DNA of 64,000 bases from Cytophagaceae bacterium. Lineage in GTDB: Bacteria; Bacteroidota; Bacteroidia; Cytophagales; JAIYAX01. Within the stretch, counting starts at the first letter, position 1, and every line of letters starts with the position of its first letter. The stretch spans positions 15,812 through 79,811 of the forward strand of contig JAIYAX010000026.1 of NCBI GenBank assembly GCA_027488815.1, in the 5' to 3' direction. Made by a program: the position numbers and the translations under genes. Under the pieces are notes generated by a model. The model was given only the letters and a program-made list of their open reading frames with translations. It did not search any database and had not been told where the DNA came from. Below, piece after piece: positions 48,846-59,095 of the stretch.

Positions 48846-50138
48846 TTATTGGTAAAACTGCGCCACTTCGGTGGAGCCATTCATAGCGGTCGTAGAGGAA
48901 TTCCCACTCTGGATGATGTTTTGAACCTCATCAAAATAACCAGTACCTACGAATGACTGGTGTTTTACAGCTTTGAAACCTTTGGCCTGTAAGGCAAACT
49001 CTTTTTCCTGTAGGGCAGAGAAACCTGCCATGCCTTTCTCCTTGTAAGCCAGGGAGAGCTCAAACATGGAGGTGTTGAGGGCATGGAAACCAGCAAGCGT
49101 GATAAACTGAAAGCGATAGCCCATTTCGGCTAGATTCTCTCTGAAGCTTTCCATTTCGGCATAGCTCAGGCTGGCGGCCCAGTTAAAACTTGGTGAGCAA
49201 TTATAGGCCAGCATTTTGCCAGGGAATTTGGCATGGATGGCTTGAGCAAACTCTCTGGCATAGCCCAGATCAGGATTGGAGGTCTCCATCCAGATCAGAT
49301 CTGCAAAAGGTGCATAGGACAAACCTCTGTTGATTCCTTGCTCTATTCCACTTTTTACCATGTAAAAACCCTCACTTGTGCGCTTTCCTGTCAGGAAGGG
49401 GCAGTCTCTTTCGTCAATATCAGAGGTAATCAGACTTGCTGCATCAGCATCGGTGCGGGCAATCAAAATCGTTGAAACACCCATCACATCACTGGCCAGC
49501 CTTGCAGCAACAAGTTTATCAATGGCCTCACGTGTTGGAACGAGCACTTTTCCTCCTAGGTGACCGCACTTCTTAGCAGATGAAAGCTGGTCTTCAAAAT
49601 GCACTCCGGCAGCACCTGCCTCGATCATCATTTTCATCAACTCGAACGCATTGAGGTTGCCACCAAAACCAGCCTCAGCGTCAGCTACGATGGGTACCAG
49701 CCAATGAATAGAGGGCTCCCCGCTTAGGCTTTCAATCTGATCTCTTCGAAGAAGGGCATGATTGATACGACGAACCACAGCAGGCACCGAATCAGCTGGA
49801 TACAGAGACTGGTCAGGATACATTTGCCCTGCCAGGTTAGCATCGGCAGCAACCTGCCAGCCGCTCAGGTAGATGGCTTCAAGGCCAGCGGAGACTTCCT
49901 GAATCGCCTGATTGCCTGTAAGTGCTCCCAAACCTGCCACGAAGGGCTGATGGTTTAGCTTATGCCACAGGCGGTCAGCACCTTGCTTTGCTATACTATA
50001 CTCAATGGGGTAAGAACCACTAATCCGTACCACTTGCTCGGCAGTGTATGGACGTAGTATACCTTTCCAGCGTGCATCGGTACTCCAAGATGTTTCTAAT
50101 TGTGTGATGCGTGCGGCTTTTTGCTTGAATGAATTCAT
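48846..50138 (-). CDS. aceA: Isocitrate lyase
   Basis: 430 aa with the ICL signature KKCGHLGGK. Confidence 0.96.
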   Translation of the reverse strand: MNSFKQKAARITQLETSWSTDARWKGILRPYTAEQVVRISGSYPIEYSIAKQGADRLWHKLNHQPFVAGLGALTGNQAIQEVSAGLEAIYLSGWQVAADANLAGQMYPDQSLYPADSVPAVVRRINHALLRRDQIESLSGEPSIHWLVPIVADAEAGFGGNLNAFELMKMMIEAGAAGVHFEDQLSSAKKCGHLGGKVLVPTREAIDKLVAARLASDVMGVSTILIARTDADAASLITSDIDERDCPFLTGKRTSEGFYMVKSGIEQGINRGLSYAPFADLIWMETSNPDLGYAREFAQAIHAKFPGKMLAYNCSPSFNWAASLSYAEMESFRENLAEMGYRFQFITLAGFHALNTSMFELSLAYKEKGMAGFSALQEKEFALQAKGFKAVKHQSFVGTGYFDEVQNIIQSGNSSTTAMNGSTEVAQFYQ

Positions 50139-50170
50139 TTGTTCGTTTTTAAGGGGGGTGTATGGTTGGA

Positions 50171-51778
50171 TTAAAGTAAATCGTAAGCGGGAAGGGTGAG
50201 AAAATCTGCTGGTGTTTCAGCGAATACAAGACTTTCAAAAACAGTTACAGCTTCTTGCAGTCGGTTGAACTGAATTCCCTGCTGAAGGAGGTAGGCCTCA
50301 GCTTTGGTTTGTTCTTCGACCATGAGTTGTCGTACCAGATCTTCATTTACCTTTCTGCCATCTTTGAGATTAGTGCCATATCGAACCCACTGCCAAACCT
50401 GCATGCGTGAGATTTCTGCAGTTGCTGCATCTTCCATGAGGTTGTACAAAGCAGCTGCCCCAACTCCTCGTAGCCATGACTCAATGTAAAGGAAGGCGAT
50501 GTTGATATTGCTGCTTAATCCTTCTAAGGTGACTTCCCCTTGAGGAACCTGCAGCAGATCAAGGGGAGTAAATGTCCTGTTTTCCAAGGGCTTGTGAATT
50601 TGGTTTGCCTCTGGCATAGCGGTATTGAACACTTCCAAAGCAGTTGAAACCAATCCGGGGTGAGCAACCCAGGTGCCATCGTGCCCTTTTTGGGCTTCCA
50701 GGGTTTTATCAGCCCTTACTTTGGCAAAAGCAGCCTCGTTGGCCTCTTCATTGCCTTTGATGGGAATGAAAGCAGACATGCCACCCATTGCATGAGCCCC
50801 ACGTCGGTGACAGGTTTGAATCACAAGCCTTGAGTAGGCATCCATGCAAGGCACACTCATCGTGACATGAGCACGATCAGGAAGTATGCAGCCCGGCTGG
50901 TTGCGGAGTTTTTTGATATAGGAGAAAATGTAGTCCCATCTTCCACAGTTAAGGCCTGCAGAATGTTCCCTTAGCTCATATAGAATTTCATGGAGCTCAA
51001 ATGCTGCAGGCAAGGTTTCAATCAAAACGGTTGCCTTGATACTGCCCGTTGGAATGCCGAGGTAGTTTTGTGAAAACAAAAAGATATCGTTCCATAGGCG
51101 AGCCTCCAGATAACTTTCCAACTTTGGCAAATAGAAATAGGGTGCTGATCCCTTGTCGACCAGGTAGTTGGCATTATGAAAAAAGTACAATCCAAAGTCA
51201 ATCAGGCTGCCAGATGCATCTTCATCATCTATTCGAATATGTTTTTCAGGAAGGTGTAATCCCCTTGGTCTAACAAAAAGTATGGCCGGCTGATCCACCA
51301 ATCGATATTCTTTACCGGTTTCCGGTTGGCGATAGGAGATACTGCCTCTTACAGCGTCGATCAGATTTTGTTGACCCTCCATCAGATTTGCCCAAGTAGG
51401 GGAGGTCGAGTCTTCAAAATCTGCCATAAACACTTTCGCTCCTGAGTTGAGAGCATTAATGATCATCTTTCTATCCACAGGGCCGGTGATTTCTACCCTT
51501 CTGTCTTGAAGTTCAGTAGGAATAGGCGCTATTTTCCACTCGTTTGCTCTAGTTGAAGCTGTTTCCGGAAGAAAATCAGGCCATTGACCAAGGTCTAGTT
51601 TTCGTTGCCTGTCGTTTCTTTTTTGAAGAAGGATGAGCCTCTTGTCGTTGAACCTTTCATGAAGCGCTCTTATAAATGCCAGAGCGTCAGTACTTAATAC
51701 CTCAGTATATAACTGAGAATTCAAAGGAAGCTGTAGTCTGATTCCTGAAACTGATGAAGAAGTTAGGGTACCTGTCAT
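50171..51778 (-). CDS. aceB: Malate synthase A
   Basis: 535 aa with a malate synthase A pattern ([29 protein letters not shown]). Confidence 0.96.
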   Translation of the reverse strand: MTGTLTSSSVSGIRLQLPLNSQLYTEVLSTDALAFIRALHERFNDKRLILLQKRNDRQRKLDLGQWPDFLPETASTRANEWKIAPIPTELQDRRVEITGPVDRKMIINALNSGAKVFMADFEDSTSPTWANLMEGQQNLIDAVRGSISYRQPETGKEYRLVDQPAILFVRPRGLHLPEKHIRIDDEDASGSLIDFGLYFFHNANYLVDKGSAPYFYLPKLESYLEARLWNDIFLFSQNYLGIPTGSIKATVLIETLPAAFELHEILYELREHSAGLNCGRWDYIFSYIKKLRNQPGCILPDRAHVTMSVPCMDAYSRLVIQTCHRRGAHAMGGMSAFIPIKGNEEANEAAFAKVRADKTLEAQKGHDGTWVAHPGLVSTALEVFNTAMPEANQIHKPLENRTFTPLDLLQVPQGEVTLEGLSSNINIAFLYIESWLRGVGAAALYNLMEDAATAEISRMQVWQWVRYGTNLKDGRKVNEDLVRQLMVEEQTKAEAYLLQQGIQFNRLQEAVTVFESLVFAETPADFLTLPAYDLL

Positions 51779-51814
51779 ATGTTAAATTTACGCCAAAGAT
51801 ATAAAATATTCAAA

Positions 51815-51830
51815 TAGCGAATATTCGCTA
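51815..51830. promoter_or_regulatory. Perfect 16-bp palindrome TAGCGAATATTCGCTA, a candidate operator
   Basis: Verified self-complementary by hand. Its centre lies 44.5 nt from the aceB ATG and 46.5 nt from the regulator ATG within the 90-bp divergent intergenic region. Confidence 0.5.
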
Positions 51831-51868
51831 CGAGATTTTTTTTTCGTAAATCGATAACTTGCCATCAA

Positions 51869-53359
51869 ATGTTGACAGGTAACCAAACCGTAAAATTTGT
51901 TTTTGGCTTAAAGGTCAGGGCATTAAGAATCAAAAAGGGTCTATCCTTTGCCTCGCTGGCCGAGAAGACAGGGCTTTCGATTTCATTTCTAAACGAAATT
52001 GAAAAAGGAAAGAAATACCCGAAGGCGGATAAGATATTGCTTTTGGCAGAAAATCTGGGGGTTGAGTACGACGATCTGGTCTCGCTGAAACTTGATCCGG
52101 AACGAGAGGGTTTGGTTTTGTTACTTAATTCTACCTTTTTCAGGGAGTTCCCTCTTGAATTTTTTGGACTTGATGCACAGAAGCTTCTGGAAATCGTCTC
52201 TGAGGCACCGGATAAGGTCAATGCTTTTATACATGCTATTCTGGAGATTGTAAGAAACTACGACATCACCCGTGAGCGCTTTTACTTTGCCGCCCTACAG
52301 GCCTATCAGGAACTCAGAAACAACTATTTTGAAGAAGTTGAGCAACAAGTTGTCGCTTTCAGAAAAGCCTTTCACATCCACAATACCATACCGGTAGACC
52401 GAAAGCAGTGGTATGATATTTTGGAGACACATTTTCAGGTTAGGATCGACAAGAAAGCCATGCCCGGAAAGCAGGCACTTAGAGATCTGCGTTCTTATTA
52501 CCACCCGGAGAGCAGTACTTTCTATCTTAACAAAGGACTTAATGCTTCTCAGGTAGGTTTTCTACAGGGTCGTGAGCTCGCATTTCAGTACATGTCTTTG
52601 AAAGACAGGCCACTTCAAACGCCTTTAGTGGAAACCGATAGCTTTGAAATGGCCTTGAGTAATTTTCAGGCATCATACTTCTCTGTAGCTCTTCTTATGG
52701 ATGAACAGGAAATGGTCAGAGACATCAAGGATTTGTTCAAACAGAAACAATGGACTCCTGGAAGCATTGCCTCTCTGCTTCGTAAATATGAAGCCACTCC
52801 GGAGATGCTTATGCAGCGGCTCACCAACCTGTTGCCCAGGCATTTCGGAGTTAAACAATTGTTTTTTCTTCGATTTGAGGGGAGGCCAGAATTAAATCTT
52901 TACCACCTCACAAAGGAGCTGCATCTGGCAGGGAATCATCACCCGCATGCAAATTTCTTAAGTGAACACTATTGCCGCAGGTGGGTGGCGATACAAGCCA
53001 TTGAAAAGCTTTATAAACAGCCACAACCCGAAGAAGTACAGGTGTCAGCTCAACTTTCATCTTATCATGAAACCCCAAACAGGTACCTGTGTATATCTCT
53101 TGCCTGGAGAAACAATTCCTCTCCAGAAGTTTTCATTTCGGTAACGATTGGCTTTTTAGCAGATGAAGAATTGCTTACCAAGCTGAAGTTTGCCAATGAT
53201 CCTCAAATACCACAGCGCCTGGTTCATACCACTTGTGAGCGTTGTTCTATTGCTGATTGCAGAGAACGTGCAGCAGCACCAGCCTTGCTCGAAGAACAAA
53301 AACAGGCTGATGGTATTGAAGAGGCTTTACGAGAATTGGTCTCTGCTGAAATCAAATAA
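51869..53359 (+). CDS. RamB/PrpR-type (short-chain fatty acyl-CoA regulator family) XRE-HTH transcriptional regulator
   Basis: 496 aa with an N-terminal XRE HTH (GLKVRALRIKKGLSFASLAEKTGLSISFLNEIEKGKKYP), a central ImmA/IrrE-like region and C-terminal cysteines (HYCRRW ... CERCSIADCRERA). These parallel the C...CxxCxxxxCxxRA pattern of RamB/PrpR. Confidence 0.8.
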   Translation: MLTGNQTVKFVFGLKVRALRIKKGLSFASLAEKTGLSISFLNEIEKGKKYPKADKILLLAENLGVEYDDLVSLKLDPEREGLVLLLNSTFFREFPLEFFGLDAQKLLEIVSEAPDKVNAFIHAILEIVRNYDITRERFYFAALQAYQELRNNYFEEVEQQVVAFRKAFHIHNTIPVDRKQWYDILETHFQVRIDKKAMPGKQALRDLRSYYHPESSTFYLNKGLNASQVGFLQGRELAFQYMSLKDRPLQTPLVETDSFEMALSNFQASYFSVALLMDEQEMVRDIKDLFKQKQWTPGSIASLLRKYEATPEMLMQRLTNLLPRHFGVKQLFFLRFEGRPELNLYHLTKELHLAGNHHPHANFLSEHYCRRWVAIQAIEKLYKQPQPEEVQVSAQLSSYHETPNRYLCISLAWRNNSSPEVFISVTIGFLADEELLTKLKFANDPQIPQRLVHTTCERCSIADCRERAAAPALLEEQKQADGIEEALRELVSAEIK

Positions 53360-55225
53360 TAAGTCTGCCACTTGTTCCAACTTTTTTACATAGTGGAACT
53401 CCTCTGAACGTTCTCCTATTTTTTTTAAAATTTGCTCTTCGCTTAGTCCCTTCCATTGATAAAAACTCATCAATCTTTCGGTACGGAGCGGCTCCGAAAG
53501 ATGGCAATACACTTTAGTAGAGTTAAAAACCTGTTGTATGGCTTCATCAAGTGCAAGTACTCCATCAATTAGCAGGATTTGTTCGGAGTTGTATTGGTAA
53601 CTCACAGTTCGGGTGGATCTTTCCATGCTTAGGGTGTGGTAAGGCTGAAATTCGATCATCTCCCCTTTGAACAGACTTTCCAGATCCTTGCCGATTTTTT
53701 CCAGCCGGTAGCGCTGCTTTACTGACATTCCTGCTTGCCGCTCACTTGCCGGCAGAAGCCAGTCGTCGAGATGAATATGAAGTAGGCTTAGCCTTTTGCT
53801 TTTGCAGGCAAATGCAAATCTGGAAGCCAGTGTGCTTTTCCCACTACGGGAAAGACCGCCAACACATATCACTTGAGTACCTTTCCTGGTTTCTTGTTCG
53901 CCTATCTTTTTGAAAATTGTATCGCATGCAGCAGCAAGTGGATCATCGATGATAAAATGTACTGCCTGTTCAAGATTGTCAAAGAAATAGTCAGGCCTTT
54001 GTTGTGCATCCTTCAAGCCCTTGCCAGTGCGTACAGCAACCGTTTGCACACCAGCAGCCTTGCCAGCCTGAATGTCCCGGTCTGCATCGCCTATAAACCA
54101 GGATTGAGTTAAGTTAATATTAAAATCACGGGCTGCATCCAGCAACATGCCGGGTTTTGGCTTGCGGCAGTGGCAATCGATTTTATAAGCTTTGTTTTCA
54201 CCTTCAAAGCCTCCATGCGGATGGTGTGGGCAGTAGTAAATGGCGTCCAGATAAGCCCGGTCTCTCCCCAGGTCTGTTTCCATTTTGTTAAAAATGGTTC
54301 TCAGGCCTTTTATGTCAATCAGATTACGTGCCACTACCGACTGGTTGGTGGCCAGCACAGCCAGATAGGACGATCTGTTGATCTTTTGTAAAGCATTCGA
54401 AGTACCGGGTAATAATCGCAAGTCATTCGGATCAGAAATGAGATCGACTTCCTCATTGATCACTCCGTCACGATCAATAAAAATCGCTTTTTGCTCTCGC
54501 TCAAGGTTGGATTGGGTGATTTTTCCGGAGATAAAATCTTTGTTGACCTTTTCTAAACGGTCTGGTGTTCCCATGTCCTTGAGGTATTCAGGTGTGCTAT
54601 AGGCGTAGATAGGTAATTTGCCTGCCCACTGTCCAAAAAGGTCTTTCCCGAAATCAGCAGCTCCCTTAATTGGAATATGCTGAAGCAATTCTTTTTCAAA
54701 GACATACAAACCGGCATTGACCAGATTCCTATACCAACCTTCCTGATGTGGCTTGGGGAACCAATGGGTGACTTGCCCATTCTCATCGATTTCGCTTAGG
54801 TCGCTGTCATAGGGATGATCATTGGGGTGAACGACCAAGGTGGCAATCGCTTGTTTTAAATAATGGTAGCGGGCTAATCTTCTTAAATCCATCTCGAGCA
54901 TCACATCTCCATAAAGCACATAAAAGGAATTCGGAAGAAGGTGCTCGATCAATTTCAGGCCCCCGGCAGTACCCAAAGGCTCCGGCTCAATGCACAGATG
55001 CAGTTTGGCGATCCCTTTTCGTTCTTCAATGAATTGCTTGATTTTAGAATGCAGGTGGTTAGCAAGTAAGAAAACCTCTTTCACCCCATATCGTTCTAGC
55101 AGGCAAATTTGATGTTCCAACAGCGGAATCCCGGCGATAGGCAATAATGGTTTGGGTACATCTTGGGTGAGTGAACCAAGCCTGGTTCCTTTTCCCCCTA
55201 CCAATATCGCCGCTGCTGCTATCAT
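53327..55225 (-). CDS. Three-domain fusion: sugar-phosphate nucleotidyltransferase / HAD-IIIA GmhB-like phosphatase / P-loop uridine-kinase(PRK)-like kinase
   Basis: 632 aa. The N-terminal domain has LVGGKGTRLG..PKPLLPI. The middle domain has FIDRDGVINEE, CPHHP...CHCRKPKPGML and FIGDADRDIQAGKAAG. The C-terminal domain has a Walker A (GGLSRSGKSTLA) and LLIDGVLAL. Confidence 0.8.
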   Translation of the reverse strand: MIAAAAILVGGKGTRLGSLTQDVPKPLLPIAGIPLLEHQICLLERYGVKEVFLLANHLHSKIKQFIEERKGIAKLHLCIEPEPLGTAGGLKLIEHLLPNSFYVLYGDVMLEMDLRRLARYHYLKQAIATLVVHPNDHPYDSDLSEIDENGQVTHWFPKPHQEGWYRNLVNAGLYVFEKELLQHIPIKGAADFGKDLFGQWAGKLPIYAYSTPEYLKDMGTPDRLEKVNKDFISGKITQSNLEREQKAIFIDRDGVINEEVDLISDPNDLRLLPGTSNALQKINRSSYLAVLATNQSVVARNLIDIKGLRTIFNKMETDLGRDRAYLDAIYYCPHHPHGGFEGENKAYKIDCHCRKPKPGMLLDAARDFNINLTQSWFIGDADRDIQAGKAAGVQTVAVRTGKGLKDAQQRPDYFFDNLEQAVHFIIDDPLAAACDTIFKKIGEQETRKGTQVICVGGLSRSGKSTLASRFAFACKSKRLSLLHIHLDDWLLPASERQAGMSVKQRYRLEKIGKDLESLFKGEMIEFQPYHTLSMERSTRTVSYQYNSEQILLIDGVLALDEAIQQVFNSTKVYCHLSEPLRTERLMSFYQWKGLSEEQILKKIGERSEEFHYVKKLEQVADLLFDFSRDQFS

Positions 55226-56022
55226 GGCTTATCCACTCTATAAATGGTTTCCTTCAAATCCAGTGCATACCTTTTTACCTCTTCTTCAGGCAGATTTCTG
55301 ACAAAATCATCTTCCGTTACTTTAAATCCTGCTTTCTCGAGCCTGCGGCCATAGTCCAACCCATACACCCGGGCATGATCATTCTGGCCAAACAAACGTT
55401 CCCTTTCCGCAGGGTCTGTGATTGTGGGATCTTCATAAGTAGCAGTTCTTTTGTCATCAAGCGGTACCTGAATGATTCCCCAACCACCCGGCTTTAGCAC
55501 ACGCAGCATTTCCTTCATGGCTTTGTGATCGTCATCAACATGCTCCAACACATGGTTACAAAAAACGATATCAAACGAATTTTCAGGGAAAGGAATTTGA
55601 TGGATGTCCATTTTGACCTTTGCCAGAGGGGATTCAAGGTCTGCAGTTATATATTCCAGATGACTTAAGGCCTCAAACCGGTGAATAAAGCAAAGCTCAG
55701 GAGCAATGTGTAGCAGCTTAGCCGGTTGGGTAAAGAATTGTGTTTTTCTCTGTAGGTATAGCCACATGAGGCGATGGCGCTCAAGAGAGAGGCTGTCCGG
55801 ACAAAGGGCATTTTCCCTGGGCTGTAGGCGGCCATAGGGCAAAAACTTACGATACCAGCGACCGGAAATAGGACATTGAACCTGATGTCCACGATAGAAA
55901 ATCGCCACTACCCTTAGTCCGATGTGGGCTACTCGTTGAAGCAAGGGTCTTGGCACCCTTCTAAGCAGAAATGAGATGATTTTTTTCACAGGTGCAAACC
56001 TAGTGCAATAGATGAATTCCAA
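55222..56022 (-). CDS. Class I SAM-dependent methyltransferase
   Basis: 266 aa with a Methyltransf_11-like core (FDIVFCNHVLEHV, LKPGGWGIIQVP). Its stop overlaps the downstream fusion gene's start by 4 nt. The true start may be internal. Confidence 0.82.
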   Translation of the reverse strand: MEFIYCTRFAPVKKIISFLLRRVPRPLLQRVAHIGLRVVAIFYRGHQVQCPISGRWYRKFLPYGRLQPRENALCPDSLSLERHRLMWLYLQRKTQFFTQPAKLLHIAPELCFIHRFEALSHLEYITADLESPLAKVKMDIHQIPFPENSFDIVFCNHVLEHVDDDHKAMKEMLRVLKPGGWGIIQVPLDDKRTATYEDPTITDPAERERLFGQNDHARVYGLDYGRRLEKAGFKVTEDDFVRNLPEEEVKRYALDLKETIYRVDKP

Positions 56023-56130
56023 AAAGAAACAAAACAGTACATTGCAGACTATGCTGGTATTTTAGGGTTAGTTTTTTTAAGTTGTGATCTCCATCTTGCC
56101 ACATTGTCTTGAGGAAAGAAACTATCGGAA

Positions 56131-58632
56131 TTGAATAAAGAAACCATACTTGCTGCTGCAAATAAGACTCTGGAAGCCCTGATTTCAGGTGACCTTAATG
56201 ACAGAGTTTTATTTGATCAGTTGCTTCAGCATTTCTTGCACACCACTTCCAGCGAGTTTGGCTTTATTGGCAAAGTTCAGGAACGCAACGGCATAAGGGT
56301 TTTAGTGACGAATGCGATCTCAAATATTACATGGGATGATTACTCACGTGAGCTCTATGAAGCCACTCAGGCTGCAGGAATGGTATTTGATCCCCATTCC
56401 CTTTTTGGTGCTGTAATTGAGTCAGGTGAAGCTCTCATCAGCAACGACCCTGCCCAGGACCCCAGACGTGGTGGTCTTCCGAAAGAACATCCACCTCTGC
56501 TTAGTTTTTTAGGATTGCCCGTTAAATATGATGGTAAGTTCATCGGTATGGTAGGCATTGCCAATCGTGCAGGAGGGTATTCAGAGGAGCATATTCACCT
56601 GTTAGGTCCTTTACTAAATACTTGTTCTATCCTGTACCAAGGGCTTCAGGAGCGTGATCTTAGGCGCAACCTATTTGATCAGCAAGAGCGCATGCTAGCC
56701 AAAGAGCTTGAAATGAATCAGGATTTGCAGGCTTCTGAGCAGGAGTTGAAAAACAATCTGGATCGGGAACGCCGCCTAATGGATTTGCTTGGCGCCAGCG
56801 AGCGGAGGTTCAGGGCGATGATCGAGAAAGCAAGCGATGGAATTGTGCTTTATGATGCAAAGGGCTGTGTCATTTTCGGATCTGGCTCAGCTGAGAAAAT
56901 TGCCGGCTATAAACTGTATGAACACACCGGTAGGGACGGAGGTTTTTTTATTCATCCGGATGACCGTGCAGAAGCCTCTTTCATTTACCGACATTTGCTT
57001 CAAAGGCCAAAAGAAAGTGTGAGCTTTCAGCAGCGTATCATTCATGCAAAAGGTCATGTCATCTGGATTGATGTAACCCTTACCAATTTGCTTGAGGATC
57101 CAGATGTTCGGGCGGTAGTCTCCAATTTCAGGGACATCTCCGAGCGCAAGAAGAACGAAGTAGAGCTCATGAAAAGTGAGGAACTGTACAGAGGCCTTTT
57201 TGACCATAACCCAACCCCACTTTGGATTTTCTCTAACTCGACTAAACGGTTTTTGGAAGTAAATGATGCCGCACTCAACCTGTATGGATTTTCAAGGAAT
57301 GAATTTTTAAAAATGACCATCTACGATGTCAGGCCAATAGATGAAAAGATCAAGCTCAAAGAGAAAATTTTAACTGAGAACCAGCAGTTTGGATGCATTC
57401 CCAGATCTCTGCACCATAAGAAATCGGGCGAATTGATTTGGGTTGATGTATTTTACACAGCGATTGAGTACGATGGAGAGAGTTGTTACCTCTCTCAATG
57501 CATTAACGTAACCGAAGCCCATCGAAACGAGCAAAAGGTTCAACAGGTCTTACACGAACTGGAAGGTTTCAGGCAGGCTGTCGACAAGGGTGCTATGATC
57601 GCATTGATCGACACGGAAGGAAAGTTTGTGAGCGTGAGCCATGCCATTGAGAAGATAACAGGCATCAAAGCAGCAGATTTCCTCGGGAAGGATTTTCTTG
57701 CGCTCAAATCACGTTTTCATGACCTTCGCTATTACAGGAGCATGTATAGTGCCATTCGCAGAGGGCAAAGCTGGAGAGGAGAGTACAAAGGGCTTTCTGC
57801 CAATGAAACCATATTTTGGCTAGATGTCATTCTCACCCCGATCAAGGATAGCATTGGCATTGTGCAGCAGTATATCGCAGTTTGTATCCCCATTACAGAC
57901 AGAAAACAGGCCGAAGAGGAGCGGGATATGCTGATTACTGATTTGCTTAAAAAGAATCAAAGTCTCGAAGAATTCGCCTTTATTACCTCACACAACCTGA
58001 GAGCTCCCGTAGCGCAATTCCTGGGCTTAAGTCAACTCTTTAACAGGGAACAACTTGAGGATCCTTTCAATTCAACTGTGATGGACAATATCCAATCGGC
58101 GGCTACTAATCTTGATGGGGTCATTCGTGACCTTACCCAGATATTGGCCATAAAAAAGGATATCAAGGAAAACAAAGAATTGGTCGATGCAGGGGAGGTG
58201 TTTTCACAAGTGCAGGAAAGTGTTCAAATGCAGGTCAAGGAATTGGGTGTGCAGGTAGACTGTGACTTTAAAGGCAATCTGCAGATACACTCGGTGAAAA
58301 GTTACCTGTATTCGATCTTTATCAATCTGCTAACCAATGCCATCAAGTACAGATCACCGGATAGGGCCTTGAAGATTAAAATCAAAATGCAACCAAAGGC
58401 TGATATGCTGGTGATCCTGTTTAGCGACAATGGCCTGGGTATCGACCTGGAAAGCCAAAAAGGGAAGATTTTCGGGCTTTACAAACGTTTTCACAACCAT
58501 GTAGAAGGCAAGGGTTTGGGCTTATATCTTGTCAAAAATCAATCAGAAGCTCTGGGTGGTGGCATAGAGGTCAGAAGCAAAGTTGGGCATGGAACAACGT
58601 TCACAGTCCGATTGGCTCGTAAGCTTGTTTAA
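56131..58632 (+). CDS. Sensor histidine kinase (GAF-like + multiple PAS + HisKA + HATPase_c)
   Basis: 833 aa with a TTG start and three PAS/PAC-like segments. It has an H-box (FAFITSHNLRAP), an N-box (LLTNAIKY) and G-boxes (DNGLGID, GKGLGLY). There is no adjacent response regulator. Confidence 0.9.
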   Translation: MNKETILAAANKTLEALISGDLNDRVLFDQLLQHFLHTTSSEFGFIGKVQERNGIRVLVTNAISNITWDDYSRELYEATQAAGMVFDPHSLFGAVIESGEALISNDPAQDPRRGGLPKEHPPLLSFLGLPVKYDGKFIGMVGIANRAGGYSEEHIHLLGPLLNTCSILYQGLQERDLRRNLFDQQERMLAKELEMNQDLQASEQELKNNLDRERRLMDLLGASERRFRAMIEKASDGIVLYDAKGCVIFGSGSAEKIAGYKLYEHTGRDGGFFIHPDDRAEASFIYRHLLQRPKESVSFQQRIIHAKGHVIWIDVTLTNLLEDPDVRAVVSNFRDISERKKNEVELMKSEELYRGLFDHNPTPLWIFSNSTKRFLEVNDAALNLYGFSRNEFLKMTIYDVRPIDEKIKLKEKILTENQQFGCIPRSLHHKKSGELIWVDVFYTAIEYDGESCYLSQCINVTEAHRNEQKVQQVLHELEGFRQAVDKGAMIALIDTEGKFVSVSHAIEKITGIKAADFLGKDFLALKSRFHDLRYYRSMYSAIRRGQSWRGEYKGLSANETIFWLDVILTPIKDSIGIVQQYIAVCIPITDRKQAEEERDMLITDLLKKNQSLEEFAFITSHNLRAPVAQFLGLSQLFNREQLEDPFNSTVMDNIQSAATNLDGVIRDLTQILAIKKDIKENKELVDAGEVFSQVQESVQMQVKELGVQVDCDFKGNLQIHSVKSYLYSIFINLLTNAIKYRSPDRALKIKIKMQPKADMLVILFSDNGLGIDLESQKGKIFGLYKRFHNHVEGKGLGLYLVKNQSEALGGGIEVRSKVGHGTTFTVRLARKLV

Positions 58633-58666
58633 GTAAATTCCGTTTCAATGCTTACCTTCGTGATCG

Positions 58667-59095
58667 ATGAAGGCGGCAGTTTATTTCGTATTGTATTTTT
58701 CATTCTGTATTTCTCTGCATAGCCAGGCACAGCCCAAGACAAAAAAGGAAGACTATGCAAGAGGCACTTCAACGACAACTTCCCGAAGCAGAGATCGATA
58801 CGTAAAGGATCGTTACACCAACCGGTTTAAGTCTTTGCCAGTGATCGTAAAATACTCCAGCAAAGGCCTGATGTACGGGAATTTGTGTGTAAAAGAGGTA
58901 TCTGTAAAAATGGGATTTGAGTACATGGTTTCTCCTGAACAGAATCTAAGTTCAGATGAGCGCATTTCAAACGGCTGGAATAACTTTAAGACCAAAACAA
59001 GGATGTTTTTTCGGCATGGGCCCTGGTGGAAGCTCAAGTTCAATCACCGACTTAGAAAATGCCGGAAACTTACTATGGATCACAACATTCGTTAG
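58667..59095 (+). CDS. Hypothetical small basic secreted protein
   Basis: 142 aa with a signal peptide (..LHSQAQ) and no recognisable motif. Its 3' end shares a 4-nt stop overlap with purB. Confidence 0.45.
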   Translation: MKAAVYFVLYFSFCISLHSQAQPKTKKEDYARGTSTTTSRSRDRYVKDRYTNRFKSLPVIVKYSSKGLMYGNLCVKEVSVKMGFEYMVSPEQNLSSDERISNGWNNFKTKTRMFFRHGPWWKLKFNHRLRKCRKLTMDHNIR

